The position numbers and the translations under genes were made by a program. A stretch of 62,808 bases of DNA, the filler included, from Choristocarpus tenellus KU-1152 (Eukaryota; Protista; Phaeophyceae): the NCBI GenBank assembly GCA_964200185.2. It is 12 parts of 12 records of this genome, joined end to end, with 100 filler letters (N's around TTAATTAATTAA, not from the genome) between each part and the next. Parts side by side here need not be neighbours in the genome. Positions count along the whole stretch, not along the records: positions 50,043 to 52,625 come from CAXNAD020026557.1; positions 52,726 to 62,808 come from CAXNAD020003163.1; 10 more parts are not named here. The stretch is one strand, 5' to 3'. Under the pieces are notes generated by a model. The model was not told the DNA's origin and did not search any database. It was given only the letters and a program-made list of their open reading frames with translations. Below, piece by piece: positions 51,998-62,808 of the stretch. How positions within the stretch are numbered: position 1 is the stretch's first letter; the number at the start of each line of letters is the position of its first letter.

Positions 51998-52509
51998 GAA
52001 ACGGTCAAACCAGTCAGACAGGACAGATTCTTAAAAAACTCGTAATAGTTAATAGGTAGGTTAACTATAGGTTAACACACACCAAACCAACCCTCAAAAG
52101 ACAAGTCTTATTCTCACTCTTACACATACTCCTCTCCACAACCCCCTCATCCCCCCAAACACGCTTTCCTTCCCCCCCCAAAAAAAAGAAAAGAAAAGAA
52201 GCAATACTATATAACACCAACAGAAGAGCATCAAAGGAAGCTGTACTGGCAAAGGTGCAATAGAGGTTTAGCATCAACTACTAGAAGAACCAAAAAAATT
52301 CCAAAGTAACACCAGGGGCATCAGTCAAATCAAAACCCAGACCAGACAAGTCTCTCTCTAGGTACTAACCCAATCCCATCGATGGTGAAGTTGGTCAGAG
52401 GTTTTGATTCATCCTTGGTGCCACCAGGAGATCCCTTTCCCCCCTTATTTTGATCCCTTACAGCCCAGTGCTTCCTTACAGATGCATCATACACCTTTGC
52501 AGCACTCTC
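50043..52509 (-). CDS. AP2/ERF-domain transcription factor (at least 2 AP2 domains), fragment
   Basis: Exons 52509-52370, 51770-51663 and 50672-50043 (into the gap), with phase-2 joins. Spliced AP2: SSTYHGVSANGSKWIAQIS|VDGTKTHLGAFDTEVQAAVAYDDAARKILGDDAVANF. The end of a preceding AP2 reads ESAAKVYDASVR...TNF. An acidic tail follows. Confidence 0.9.
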
Positions 52510-52821
52510 CTAACAGGGGGGGGGGGGGGGGGGGGGGGAAAAAAAAAAAAAAACAAACTGTCAGCAAAAACACAAAATTGGGGGGGGGAACATCAATTCA
52601 AAAAAAAAAAAAAACGAAAGGAAAANNNNNNNNNNNNNNNNNNNNNNNNNNNNNNNNNNNNNNNNNNNNTTAATTAATTAANNNNNNNNNNNNNNNNNNN
52701 NNNNNNNNNNNNNNNNNNNNNNNNNTTTAACTTTGGTTTTTTTTTTTTAATGTTTTGTTTGGTGGGTTCTTTTTTTGGGGGGGGGGGGGGGGTGATGTTT
52801 TTTGACGCATGGCTTTTGCAG

Positions 52822-53876
52822 GTGGTGGATGATATGACAGATGAGTGCGCCAAATATGGGCCTGTTGCAGGCATTGAGATCCCTCATATAGGTGGTCCCG
52901 GGGAGGGAGTAGGGTACGTGTTCATCAAGTACACGTCAATGGAGTCTGCGGCTAAGGTGAGTGGGGGTGATGGGAATGGAATGTTTGCAATGTGGGGAAA
53001 GAGGGTTTTGGGGGAGGTGCGTTGTTGAACACGCATGATGGTTTGCATGGTGACTTCCACGGTGTTGGTGGGGTTCGGGACACATTTTAAATGGTGGGGG
53101 AACTTCTGGGTGTTGAGGTAGTTTGTGGTAGGTCTTGTGCAGGGCACCTTAAGCAACCGAGGATTGGCGTTTGAGCAGAATGCAATCCTTGGTACTTCAT
53201 GCCCAATACAAGTTGGATTGCCCTCCCTCGTCCATGTGCTGAGATGGAGAGGTCATTTGCAGTTTAAATCTATTTTGGTCCTGTTCCTCTCCGTGTTGTA
53301 CTCTCTGAGTGTTTTGAGATGGACCCTTACTTGGTGACATGCCTGCCTGTCTAGTGTCTGTACGGATGCATCTGCTGAGGGGATGTATAAAAATGGCATG
53401 GTAATCCTATTGCCAAGACCTTGTGAACATGACTCCACCCCTGATACATTGCAGTTTTGATCATGCAGTAAATTTCAGCGCTAATCTTAAAGATGTGTCG
53501 TTCTTCCTGTAAATTTGCCAAGAAATTACACAGTAGTGAGTGATGCCCTGTGTACCTGTACCTTACACCATAGTCTTTATTTTTGAGTATCTCTATACAT
53601 TTGCCCCCTTTGGTCAGCATGAATGGGACACACACAAACAAGGCAAACAACTTCTAAGCCCTGTACACGACAGCCAGCGCAGTCACTTGTTGGTACGGAG
53701 TTTTCTTGCCCTGGACCTTGGTCCCCAATGCCTGCATGATCTAACGCTGTATGCTTAATAAAATATATTTTGAACAGGCAAAAAAGGGTTTCGGATCCCG
53801 AACGTTTGATGGAAAGGCGGTGGATGCTGTTTACTATCCCGAAGAACGCTTTGCAGCGAAGGATTTCAAATCCTGA
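52822..53876 (+). CDS. U2AF2: C-terminal UHM/RRM domain, U2AF large subunit (U2AF65)-like, 5'-truncated
   Basis: Exons 52822-52956 and 53778-53876: VVDDMTDECAKYGPVAGIEIP...GVGYVFIKY...AAK|AKKGFGSRTFDGKAVDAVYYPEERF*. Other UHM proteins cannot be fully excluded. Confidence 0.8.
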
Positions 53877-54080
53877 AACATATAGACCTGGTCCTTGCAA
53901 TGCATCACTTCGTTTCTGTCAGCTGCATGCTGTTGGTTTACCGTCTTGGTCTGGCTTTTAAGGAGAGACCACCCTTGCCTGGGATGCCTGCTACCAAGGT
54001 CCTTGTTTTTTGTACATGATTTGCTGGAGTCATAAGCCCCACTTTGTAGGATGTGTGTGTGTGTGTGCGTGTGTGTTTGT

Positions 54081-54126
54081 TGGTATTGGTATTGGTATTG
54101 GTATTGGTATTGGTATTGGTATTGGT
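54081..54126. repeat. (TGGTAT)n microsatellite downstream of the U2AF-like gene
   Basis: About 7.5 hexamer units. Confidence 0.9.
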
Positions 54127-56961
54127 GAGGGTCACCGTCTTGGTTACTTGTGTCAAATGTAATATGGTAGATTTTCCTTCACTGAGCAGAAGCTAATTCA
54201 TGCAATCGATAGATGGTGGAAGAAGGGGACGAGGGTGGGGATTGGGGTGGACAAGGCAGGGCTTTCAATAAATAGGTCGGGTTCTATCACAGTAGAGGGG
54301 AGTGCACTGAGGTCGAGGGAGAAGTGAGTGTGATGATATGTTTGTCCTCTTTTGTGTTGACCAGATTTCTTGCCGTCTCTACCTGGTTCTTGTGATCAGA
54401 GGTGGGGTGTAAGAGAAACACAGCTGCGATTGGAAGGCAGGTCAGGAGTGCAGGTGTTGGTCGGTATGGGAATAGTAGGCACAACATATATATATTTTTT
54501 ACCAACCACCTCGATTGGTTCATTGGACTACTACACTGCTTTGTTGACTGAGTAGATTTTTAGTGCTGCTTGCGCAAGGAAAGGAAGAACAAAGGGGTGT
54601 GTGGCTTATTTTCTCTTGTTGTGGTTAACCTCATGCTTACTTGAGTTGCAGCTGTGGGTGGGGGTGGGTGCTACTCTGACTAAGTCATGAAAGTGTAGGA
54701 AATGGTGTTGACGTGAAGCACATTTAATGTATGTGTGTGCCACCTCCTGTGCTGGTCAAAAAGGTGAAAAGTGCTTTGTGGCTAGCTGCAATTGCAGGGC
54801 TGTAGATCCAGTTGTTTGATTTTGCTCTAGTTGGACCTATGATGACAGTGTCTGTAAGAATTATAGCTGTCTGTATCTCTACATAGCTCTATGTTGATGA
54901 GCGTCTATCCCACGTGAGTCAAAGGCTTCTAGGTAACATACGGGTTTCAATACCGTTCTACATGTTGCTGGGCAAATTAGTTGGCAAACCACGTATCAAA
55001 AAACGGCCAATAAAGTTAGCAACCCAATGATACAAACGATTACAGCCTAGTGTAAGTGGGGATATCATAAGTTCCTTTTACACTTTTGACAGTTGTCGCA
55101 GAAGTGTTCGGCAAAATATTACATGATATAATACACACTGACAGTTACTTTTCTTTACAGAATTCGAGAGCTGAGACTACAAGCTTCTATTCAATATATT
55201 ATTCGTTGACTAGTTCATCTAGAGTATCTCATGGTTGTCCCATCATAGGAGTGACCTATGTGACCATATATCTTCTCTGTCAATACCAGAGAGTGGTGAT
55301 GGATCCTAAAAGAAGGCACCAGCAACCTCAGTCTGTGGATAGGCGCAGTCACAAAGAGCTTCTCCAGTCACTGTCACTGCCAGGATTCCAAGAAAATCAT
55401 GATCGGATGACTCCTTGCAGAGATATAGTCTACGCATATATATTTTTTGGAGGGGGGGGGATAGGATGTGTTTTTTCTATCATCAAAAGCTTGGGAACTT
55501 GCAAGACTCATCATTTCATTGTTAAGTATGTACTAATGACTTACCAAAACGTACCATGCATTTTCTGTCGTTGTGGTGTTATGGACTGCTACAGCCAGCT
55601 TGTGGTTATAATATGTACTGGATGAGAGGATGCCACTAACTCATGTCGATGGAGTGATGCATGTTTTGGGCTCTAAGAGCTCTTGTACATATTAAGCAAC
55701 ATAATATAAATTTTCAAGAAGAGTGTTCATATATTTGGATGAATCAGATGCGCTGGATGTTGAACTACTTGACTTGGACACCTGCATGAGATAATGAGAT
55801 GATGCTGCATCTGAAAATAGTCTACATACCAACAAGGAACTGTACTGTAAGCACCAATGAAGTGTTGGCAAATCACCTCATATGATACATACCTAGGCAG
55901 TCTTGCACACTTTAGGCATGGCACCTCTAGCCATCTACTGAATTTTGCAGGTGTGTAAGCAGGAAACAGATTTCCATGTTTGTGATTGATATTCTGACTG
56001 TCTTTTGTAATTTCTATTGAAATGCATCTCCGGTCCTTCAGCAATATGTTCGTTTTGAGAGATGAAAGCTAATATTGGGATTTTACATGAGAGAAGCGGT
56101 GGGTGTTCACTTTCAGTAGCAACCTACATAGTTGTGGTGTTTGAAACAAAATATACTGTGTATCATAATGACAAGGAGTAGCGGGTAGAACCTACAGTGC
56201 ATGTCCACGTTCGTCCCTTCCAACAACAGCAAGGCTTGGGCATATATGACTCTACTCAGCTGTGCACCTCGCTGACTATTGTGGTAACATAACTATTCAA
56301 ACAAAATACTGTATTGCATCTTGAAGAGTGTTTCCAGTGCCCCCTACAAAAGGGAACCTGACAGATAACACATTGCCAAGATAGCCACCCACTTCCATTG
56401 ACCAGCCACAAAGCCTCAAAGTTCCACTGCATGCAGCAGCAGGCACAGGCACAAGAATCAATGAAGCACCCAAATGAATATCGTGTAATGGCAGGGAGAG
56501 AGTTGCCCTTTCCTACTAGCTTGGCATTTGAGGCATTCCGAAAAAGGAGTAATCCCAAAGAGGGAGAAACAACAAACCACTATGTTCTCCTTCGTGTAGA
56601 AAGACTTGTTGAACACCTCCAATTGAGGCAAGAGACATACAAAATGAAGTAAACACTTCTAATGTGAAATTGGGGCCAGGGCGTATGCAGAACAGAAGGA
56701 CACACAGTGACAAGGCTGTACCAAGTCAGTCCATCCACCAATGTGTTGATGGTCAACGGTAAACAGCAATGGCATGCTCTGCTCAAGAGCACATAGATTG
56801 CCCCTACTTGCTCCTTTTTCCCATTAAAAAAGATCAAGCACAAACAATGCTTGCCCTACAAACAGCTACATGGCCTTCCCCTTCTTGCCGCCTTTCCCTC
56901 CAGCTGAATCACTTGCAGCTATTTCCTTAATCATTAGTATACAGCTCAGATCACCACACCA

Positions 56962-58599
56962 TCACAGTCTCTTGACCTTCTCCATGATTCGTTCCACACG
57001 ATGTGCCTTACGCTTGCTCAATGGTCGGCACGGGACAATGCCTACCCGGTCTCCGATCTATCCTCAACATATACCCCCCCGCGCACGCGCGCGATAGTTC
57101 AGCAGACATATTTGTAATTAAGAACAAATACATCAGGGGAGTGGGGAGGGACACGCAAGGACAAGCAGGGTTAGGGACATGCAAGGGAGCTTTGCAATGC
57201 AGCACCTCATGGTATGTGTGCTAGAATGATATTGGACGGCCCTTTGGAATGCCTATCAGGCTTCCTAAGCAGGAGAGACACCACGCTTCGATGGTGTTCC
57301 CCCGGAAACAGGACTCCTACACCTAGTATTCACGATATTTTCTCAGCAACCTTTTGCTTTCTCAGAAACGAGCACAAGCACACTGACCAATGAAATGGAT
57401 GCGGGACTGAGTTGGACCAAGTTGCAGTTGAGGGTGGAATATAGTGGTGGATTGTGTGGGTTGAAGGGTGATGGCTTAGTGTGTTATCCATCCTACAGGA
57501 ATGTTCAGTAGAAAAAAAAATAGTACAAGTCATTGCGTATTTTGACATACACGTATCGTGTAGGTCACTTCGCCATGCTCCAACATATCCATCCAACACA
57601 CCTCGCACTCATTTTTCTCGTCATGCGCCATGATCTTGCTATGCCTTGTGATCTGTTTCCCATACTTTGGGACCACGTATTGATATGGCACTCGCACCAC
57701 CACAGATTTCATCATACGGTCGCTCACCACTGTTCCACGAAGCATCCGTACGGTGGGCGATATGTCTGCCTCAGACTGCCGAGGAGGGGTCGAGAATGTC
57801 ATTTCGGTGATAGATTAAGGCGATCGGCATACGACATGGAGTGGGTGGTCTTCGGTCATGAGGTATATAGTGACAGGATTTTGATGGTATTGGGGGAAGA
57901 TTAAATTGCTGTGGTGAGCATAAACTTCGCAGGTGGCACACGATGGAGGGTATATAAGATGGTGCCCCCATTGCCAATCTGATCTGCAATTCAAGCCGAT
58001 ATATTGACACTGCATAAACACACCCAGTAGGTGCTAAGGCTAGCTAGCTTCAGATCAAACCGATGGGCTGACAATTATCAGGTAACTGCATAGAGACATG
58101 GAGCTGTCCTGCGCTCCCATTTAATGTCTCCGTTTGAGCGGGATGGGTGGGCTCTAGTGGGGTGAGAGACCTATCATGTCCATCTATTGCAGACTCTAAG
58201 CCACAAACTAAAATCTAGGATAGGGTGGTCAGGAACTAGAAAGTTTTGGCCCTGACCAGAGATATCAACTAAGTCAACAGCCCATCCCTATTCTCTCACC
58301 ACCTCCTCTCCCCCATCCTTTCTCCCTGCATTAGACGAAGCACCCCATTCCTTGCCACTTCCCCCTCCATCCTCCTTTTGACTTGGAGAAATTGTACTGC
58401 CCTCATCAACTGCTGCAGATGCCGACACAGATGCGTTGAGAGAGGAAAACTCCCGACCGTAGCACCGTCGGAAGGCCACCATTCCATGGTCCTCAGCAAG
58501 ACTTTCCCCTGTGAAAGGTTTTGCAGCATTCCCCCGACATATAAAAGCTAGCCTAGAGGCCGCCGCGCGGGGCACAACTCTCAGGAATTGGCGAAGCAT
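56962..58599 (-). CDS. MRPS17: Nucleus-encoded mitochondrial ribosomal protein S17 (uS17m)
   Basis: Exons 58599-58300 (Arg-rich presequence MLRQFLRVVPRAAASRL...), 57775-57602 (LRGTVVSDRMMKSVVVRV...PKYGK...HSKIMAHDEKNECE) and 57057-56962 (IGDRVGIVPCRPLSKRK...*). The uS17 motifs are bacterial-type. Confidence 0.92.
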
Positions 58600-59033
58600 G
58601 GTGTAAGCTTTTCAATGTTGACCCTTCGACGTGCAGGTGTTCATTGCGAGTAGGCGTTCTTTGTATTTTGTATTTTACCCAATTCCACATAATAATTGTA
58701 AACGATGTGTTAGCAACACTCGGATCTCTTGCATCACTCTGAAACTACTCCCTGCGCCAACTACCACTATTACTGTTGTGTGCGATCATGATAACCCATA
58801 GAAAAGATCCTCACTCTATTAATTTTGATTAAAATTTCATTGATCACGTCACTATTCACAGACCTACTCGATGAGGGAAGAACCTGAAGTAGGAGGATCA
58901 ACTAACTTGTAGGACTCCAAAAAGCTCCCCAAGCTTACCAAAGACATTAACAGTAATAGCAGTAGCAGTACTGGTAGTACTCGCAACTCTTTGCTCTTTC
59001 CTGTCCTCCTCCAAACATATGATTTCAATCTCA

Positions 59034-59150
59034 GAGTGAAAGTATCTTGGCTTCCCACAATATTTTTTTATGACATATTTCTACTCCGAAACGTTTCGTT
59101 GTAGGTAAAATATATACGACACGGCTCTTCCCTCTAACAAACCTAGACTC
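59034..59150. mobile_element. Internally deleted MITE family A (117 bp), TSD TCA
   Basis: GAGTGAAAGTATCTT...CGGCTCTTCCCTCTAA...GACTC with TCA/TCA flanks. Confidence 0.65.
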
Positions 59151-59914
59151 TCAACTCCAAAACAGTCACTGACGTATGGTGGACCGCTTCCTGTTCCTCG
59201 AACCTGATATTCTTCCTCAAGAGAACATTGATGGCCACTCACAACACATACATGTTGACATTTGGGTGGGGGACAAGCAGTTGGAATAGGAATGTAAAAC
59301 ATAAATTTGTTCCAGGCAGTCCTAGGAGGAATGAAAGGTAACCTGTCACCGGTCAAACCTGCTGGAATATGCTATATGCAATGTCTTCTGTTTTACATGT
59401 TAATATCACACGTACACAGTCCCTTTTTCGTTCACCTCACATGCCTGACAGTGTCTCTAGTAATGCCCATTATCAACGATGCATCATTGGAGTTGGACAG
59501 AACAGTGCAAGCTTACAGCATCTTCAAAGCGATCGTCCCAGAACAGGTGGAAGCGAAATGTTCTGTATGCCACTGCACATCCATGTTACCTGATTTTGTG
59601 GACCACTTTGGTGTTGGAGGAGAATATTGCTCAGAACTCTGAGGGTGAGAACAGGTAGCCCAGAGGGTTAAAGTGAAAGCAGGTCCTGGCTACCTTTCTG
59701 GACCCCACAACCAAAATCCTTACTGTATTACCGAGAAAGAGTATGGTGAAGACACCTGTAGGCATGAGGTGGAGTTGGAAGTGTTGAAGGCATTGTGGAG
59801 GAGAGCATGAAGCACAGGAGGCGAGAAATAGTCCAAGCATGAGCATAGAGACGTTAAAAAACAAGAACGAAAGAATTACTAGTAACGAACTAACCAAGGG
59901 GGTGCATATTATTA

Positions 59915-60522
59915 TTTAAAGTAATTATGCCCTCTGACGTTTTGCAGATGTGTCAAGGGAAAACCAATGAAAACTATTCACATTTCAGAATAACCCCCCA
60001 AAAAGTAATAGTTATCTTAAATGTGATAGACATTAATCTCTTTACTATTTTACTATCAGCTATGCTCCACCACCGCCTTCCTGTGCCTCCAACCTAGCTT
60101 GGTCCTGTACCCTAGGGTGAGGTAGGGAAGCATCTCAAGAATCTAACAAGCCCCTCCTTGCCCATCTCCCTGGTGTCTCCAGCTTAAAACGCATGACACG
60201 TCTAGATAGGGCTACTTGCGTTGGGACTGAGACTATCTGGCATAGGCGGGATTTGACAGCCCCTTTTCTGCTGCAGCCTCCTGTCCCTCTCCCCCCTACC
60301 GTGTGCGTAGCTAGCTCATCCAAGAAACGTTCCACTTGCTTACTGAGGCACCCAAAACTTTCCACTGCGAAGGTGTTGACGTTATAAACGAGGGTCAAAA
60401 GATCCCTCGTAGTGGGATGGACTTTCCGCCTCAGCTGCAGCAGCACCTAACCATTGCTGGTGGATGAGTGTGGGAGGTGAGATGCTGCCTGCATTTCTGT
60501 AAAAGTAACATATAGAAGGAGG
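59915..60522 (-). mobile_element. 3' end of an RLE-type (CRE-like) non-LTR retrotransposon, second copy
   Basis: TFAVESFGCLSKQVERFLDELATHTVGG...KSRLCQIVSVPTQVALSRRV. Colinear with 48590-49160. Confidence 0.78.
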
Positions 60523-60877
60523 CCTTTGTCCCGGTAGGGGTCACATATTATTGTGGACGTCGTACATACCCCCAAAAACTTACAACCTGAGATTATTTTC
60601 ATGCTGGGTCTTCACGGTACTTTACTATGTAAAATTATAATAAACGAGTAGTCTGATTTCTTAATTTCTCCTATCAGTATTAATTACCTGTTTAAATATG
60701 AAAAAACGGGCGAGGACTACCAATGACGTATGATTATATTTATAACATAGAGAAGGCACAAAAACGACCAACCACGAACTAACCTGTAGGTGTTGCATGG
60801 CCCCAAGACAAGAGAATTAGATGCACTCTATCCCATACTATATTCCATGTACACAGACAGAATGTGCGATCTCGAAA

Positions 60878-61137
60878 GAGCCAAAGTATCTTAGAGGGTA
60901 ACGCCGCGTCCATTTGGGGGCCAAAATCCAATGTTGCGATTTTGTTGTAATTTTGGCTATCGTGTCTGTCAAGAAGTGTCGATATCCTTATTCCAGGCAC
61001 ACCTTTTCATAACGCACACATTTTACCTACTCCGACACATTTTGGAGTTGGAAAATGTCATGAAAAAAACTCATGGAAAGCCAAGCCCTAAATGGACAAA
61101 CAGGGCAAAACTCGTACCCTCTAAGATACCTTCACTC
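60878..61137. mobile_element. MITE family A, reverse orientation
   Basis: GAGCCAAAGTATCTTAGAGGGTA...TACCCTCTAAGATACCTTCACTC with GAAA/GTAA flanks. Confidence 0.88.
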
Positions 61138-62098
61138 GTAAGATACTTGTGTCTGAAACCGAGTGGGCGAGCTAAAAAAGGTCCGGAAAAACCTAACTTT
61201 GAAGGAACATGGACATTGCGAATTTGGACCAATGAGAGGTCCCCATTCAAATTTATACTCTGATTTCTCTGTTATTATTATTCATTCAACCACAAGTTGT
61301 CAACAAAAGAACTTTCCAAGATCCTGCATTTCAAGCTTTTGGAGCGTCATGGTGGAAATTCCAAGGATGGTGTGAGGTTGTGAGAAAACAGAGGACTAAC
61401 AAGGACCTGCAGCCCTTGTCAGCCGAAAGGAGTATCAGGAAAAAGTGGGGCCACTTCCAAAGCTCATTTCATTCTTAACATATCCTGATGGTGTAGCTAT
61501 CTATGCCTGCACATCACAAACTGAATGTCTGCAGGGTTAATTACCATAGTCTCAATTAACATCAGCTCTAAATATATCACACTGCCACAGCATCAACACA
61601 CCTTTCAAAAGTGTTTATCAATCTCTTCCTTAACATTGATTACAACACAGACCGATACTGACCACTACTACTACCAAAAGGAACATGATGGTGTCTTCCC
61701 TACCGAAAATCTTGGTGATACACACACACACACACACCTGAGGAAATCTCTATGGTAAGCAGTCCCTTCCCTAACTTCAACATGAAACAATTCTACAGGC
61801 ACAGGGAAACAAAACACTTAACAGTGAGACGGTGGGGATGGGATCTAAACTGCTGTCCAAGTTACACCACAAGAAACAAGAGGACCAATGTCATGGCGAT
61901 AAGCATTCAGGTCCCACTCCCCAACTACATTGCCGACCCTGCCAAAATCAGGAAACCGTCTGCAGGGGAGACCAGTTGTGCAGCACTCTCTCTCTCTCTC
62001 TCTCTCTCCAAGACATTGCATCAACATGATAATAATTTTCATATTCATTTTCACCCACGCAACAAGGACAGTCGTCTATTGTGGGCATGTGGTGTGAT

Positions 62099-62334
62099 CT
62101 AAAGGCGTCCTCCAAATTTGCTGTCGTTCACCCAGCGGTCGTTGCTGATTCCGAATCGCTTCAAGCTGTCCTCTCGTACAAGCTGTCCATAGCGTCACAC
62201 CGTGCGGGTCACCATTGGTAACCGAACCAGAGCCCCCGAGGTGGTGAGCAATACATAGGGAAGGCGATGCACCACCCAGCGCCACATTATATGCAACAAA
62301 AACAAAAAAACAATTGCGGTGAGTTTCGATGAGG

Positions 62335-62371
<37 letters not shown>

Positions 62372-62753
62372 CACTTAATGGTTGTGACGGCGAACAAGGA
62401 ATAACCAAACAAACACAAAACATTTGAGCTCTTTTTTAGTTGTAGGACTCCTTTTTCGAGAGAAGGTTCTGTGAGGAGGAGGAGTAGGAGGAGGTAGAGA
62501 TAATCAACTCAGGAGAGTTCTAGTGCAACAAACGCATTGGCAGAGAACAACGACAACAACAAAAATAATAATAATAATAATAATAATGATAAAAAAAATG
62601 ATAGAATTTTGCACCCTCTGGTAATAAATGTAACTGGTGTACCCCTTGTTTGGCACATTCCCATCAATACAGCGCTTGTCCCACCAAAAAATCAGATGAG
62701 TACGCACGGTGAATATTAGTATTATTAGTATTATACCCAACCTTTGCTACCTC
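62099..62753 (-). CDS. 3' end of an unknown gene (12-nt micro-exon plus terminal exon)
   Basis: Strong polypyrimidine acceptor then GAGGTAGCAAAG|gttggg (62753-62742, EVAK). Terminal exon 62182-62099 encodes LVREDSLKRFGISNDRWVNDSKFGGRL*. Confidence 0.5.
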
Positions 62754-62808
62754 CTGAAAGAGAGAGAAAAAAAATAGTTTGGATAAACTAGTTCGGCTGC
62801 CCCCTCCC

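Noticed and set aside
55086-56652. ORFs between the U2AF-like gene and rps17
   Set aside because: No splice-consistent model or recognisable motif; possibly decayed TE or UTR.
57230-57330. Possible intronic snoRNA in the rps17 intron
   Set aside because: There is only a short hairpin and no convincing C/D or H/ACA box arrangement.

Overview
This is intron-rich eukaryotic nuclear DNA, probably a brown alga or close stramenopile; that assignment is inferred from gene and transposon families and intron style. The window is about 12 short contigs joined by an artificial N44-TTAATTAATTAA-N44 spacer, so adjacency across spacers is unreliable. Spliced genes rebuilt by hand from splice sites and reading phase: a complete nuclear mitochondrial ribosomal protein S17; a 5'-truncated PAK/STE20 kinase; a 5'-truncated WH2 Pro/Gly-rich actin regulator; a fragment of a multi-AP2-domain factor; the C-terminal UHM of the U2AF large subunit; a DDHD-type phospholipase fragment; and several unknown exons. 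Decayed mobile elements include three Ty3/Gypsy remnants, a probable Copia, DD39D mariners, RLE non-LTR 3' ends and a hAT-like fragment. The most notable unexplained structure is a dense group of at least three MITE-like families sharing the terminus GAG(T/C)(C/G)AAAGTA, with mixed 3-bp and 4-bp target duplications; two insertions are confirmed by empty sites inside tandem arrays. A 90-nt hairpin sits at a putative LTR start.
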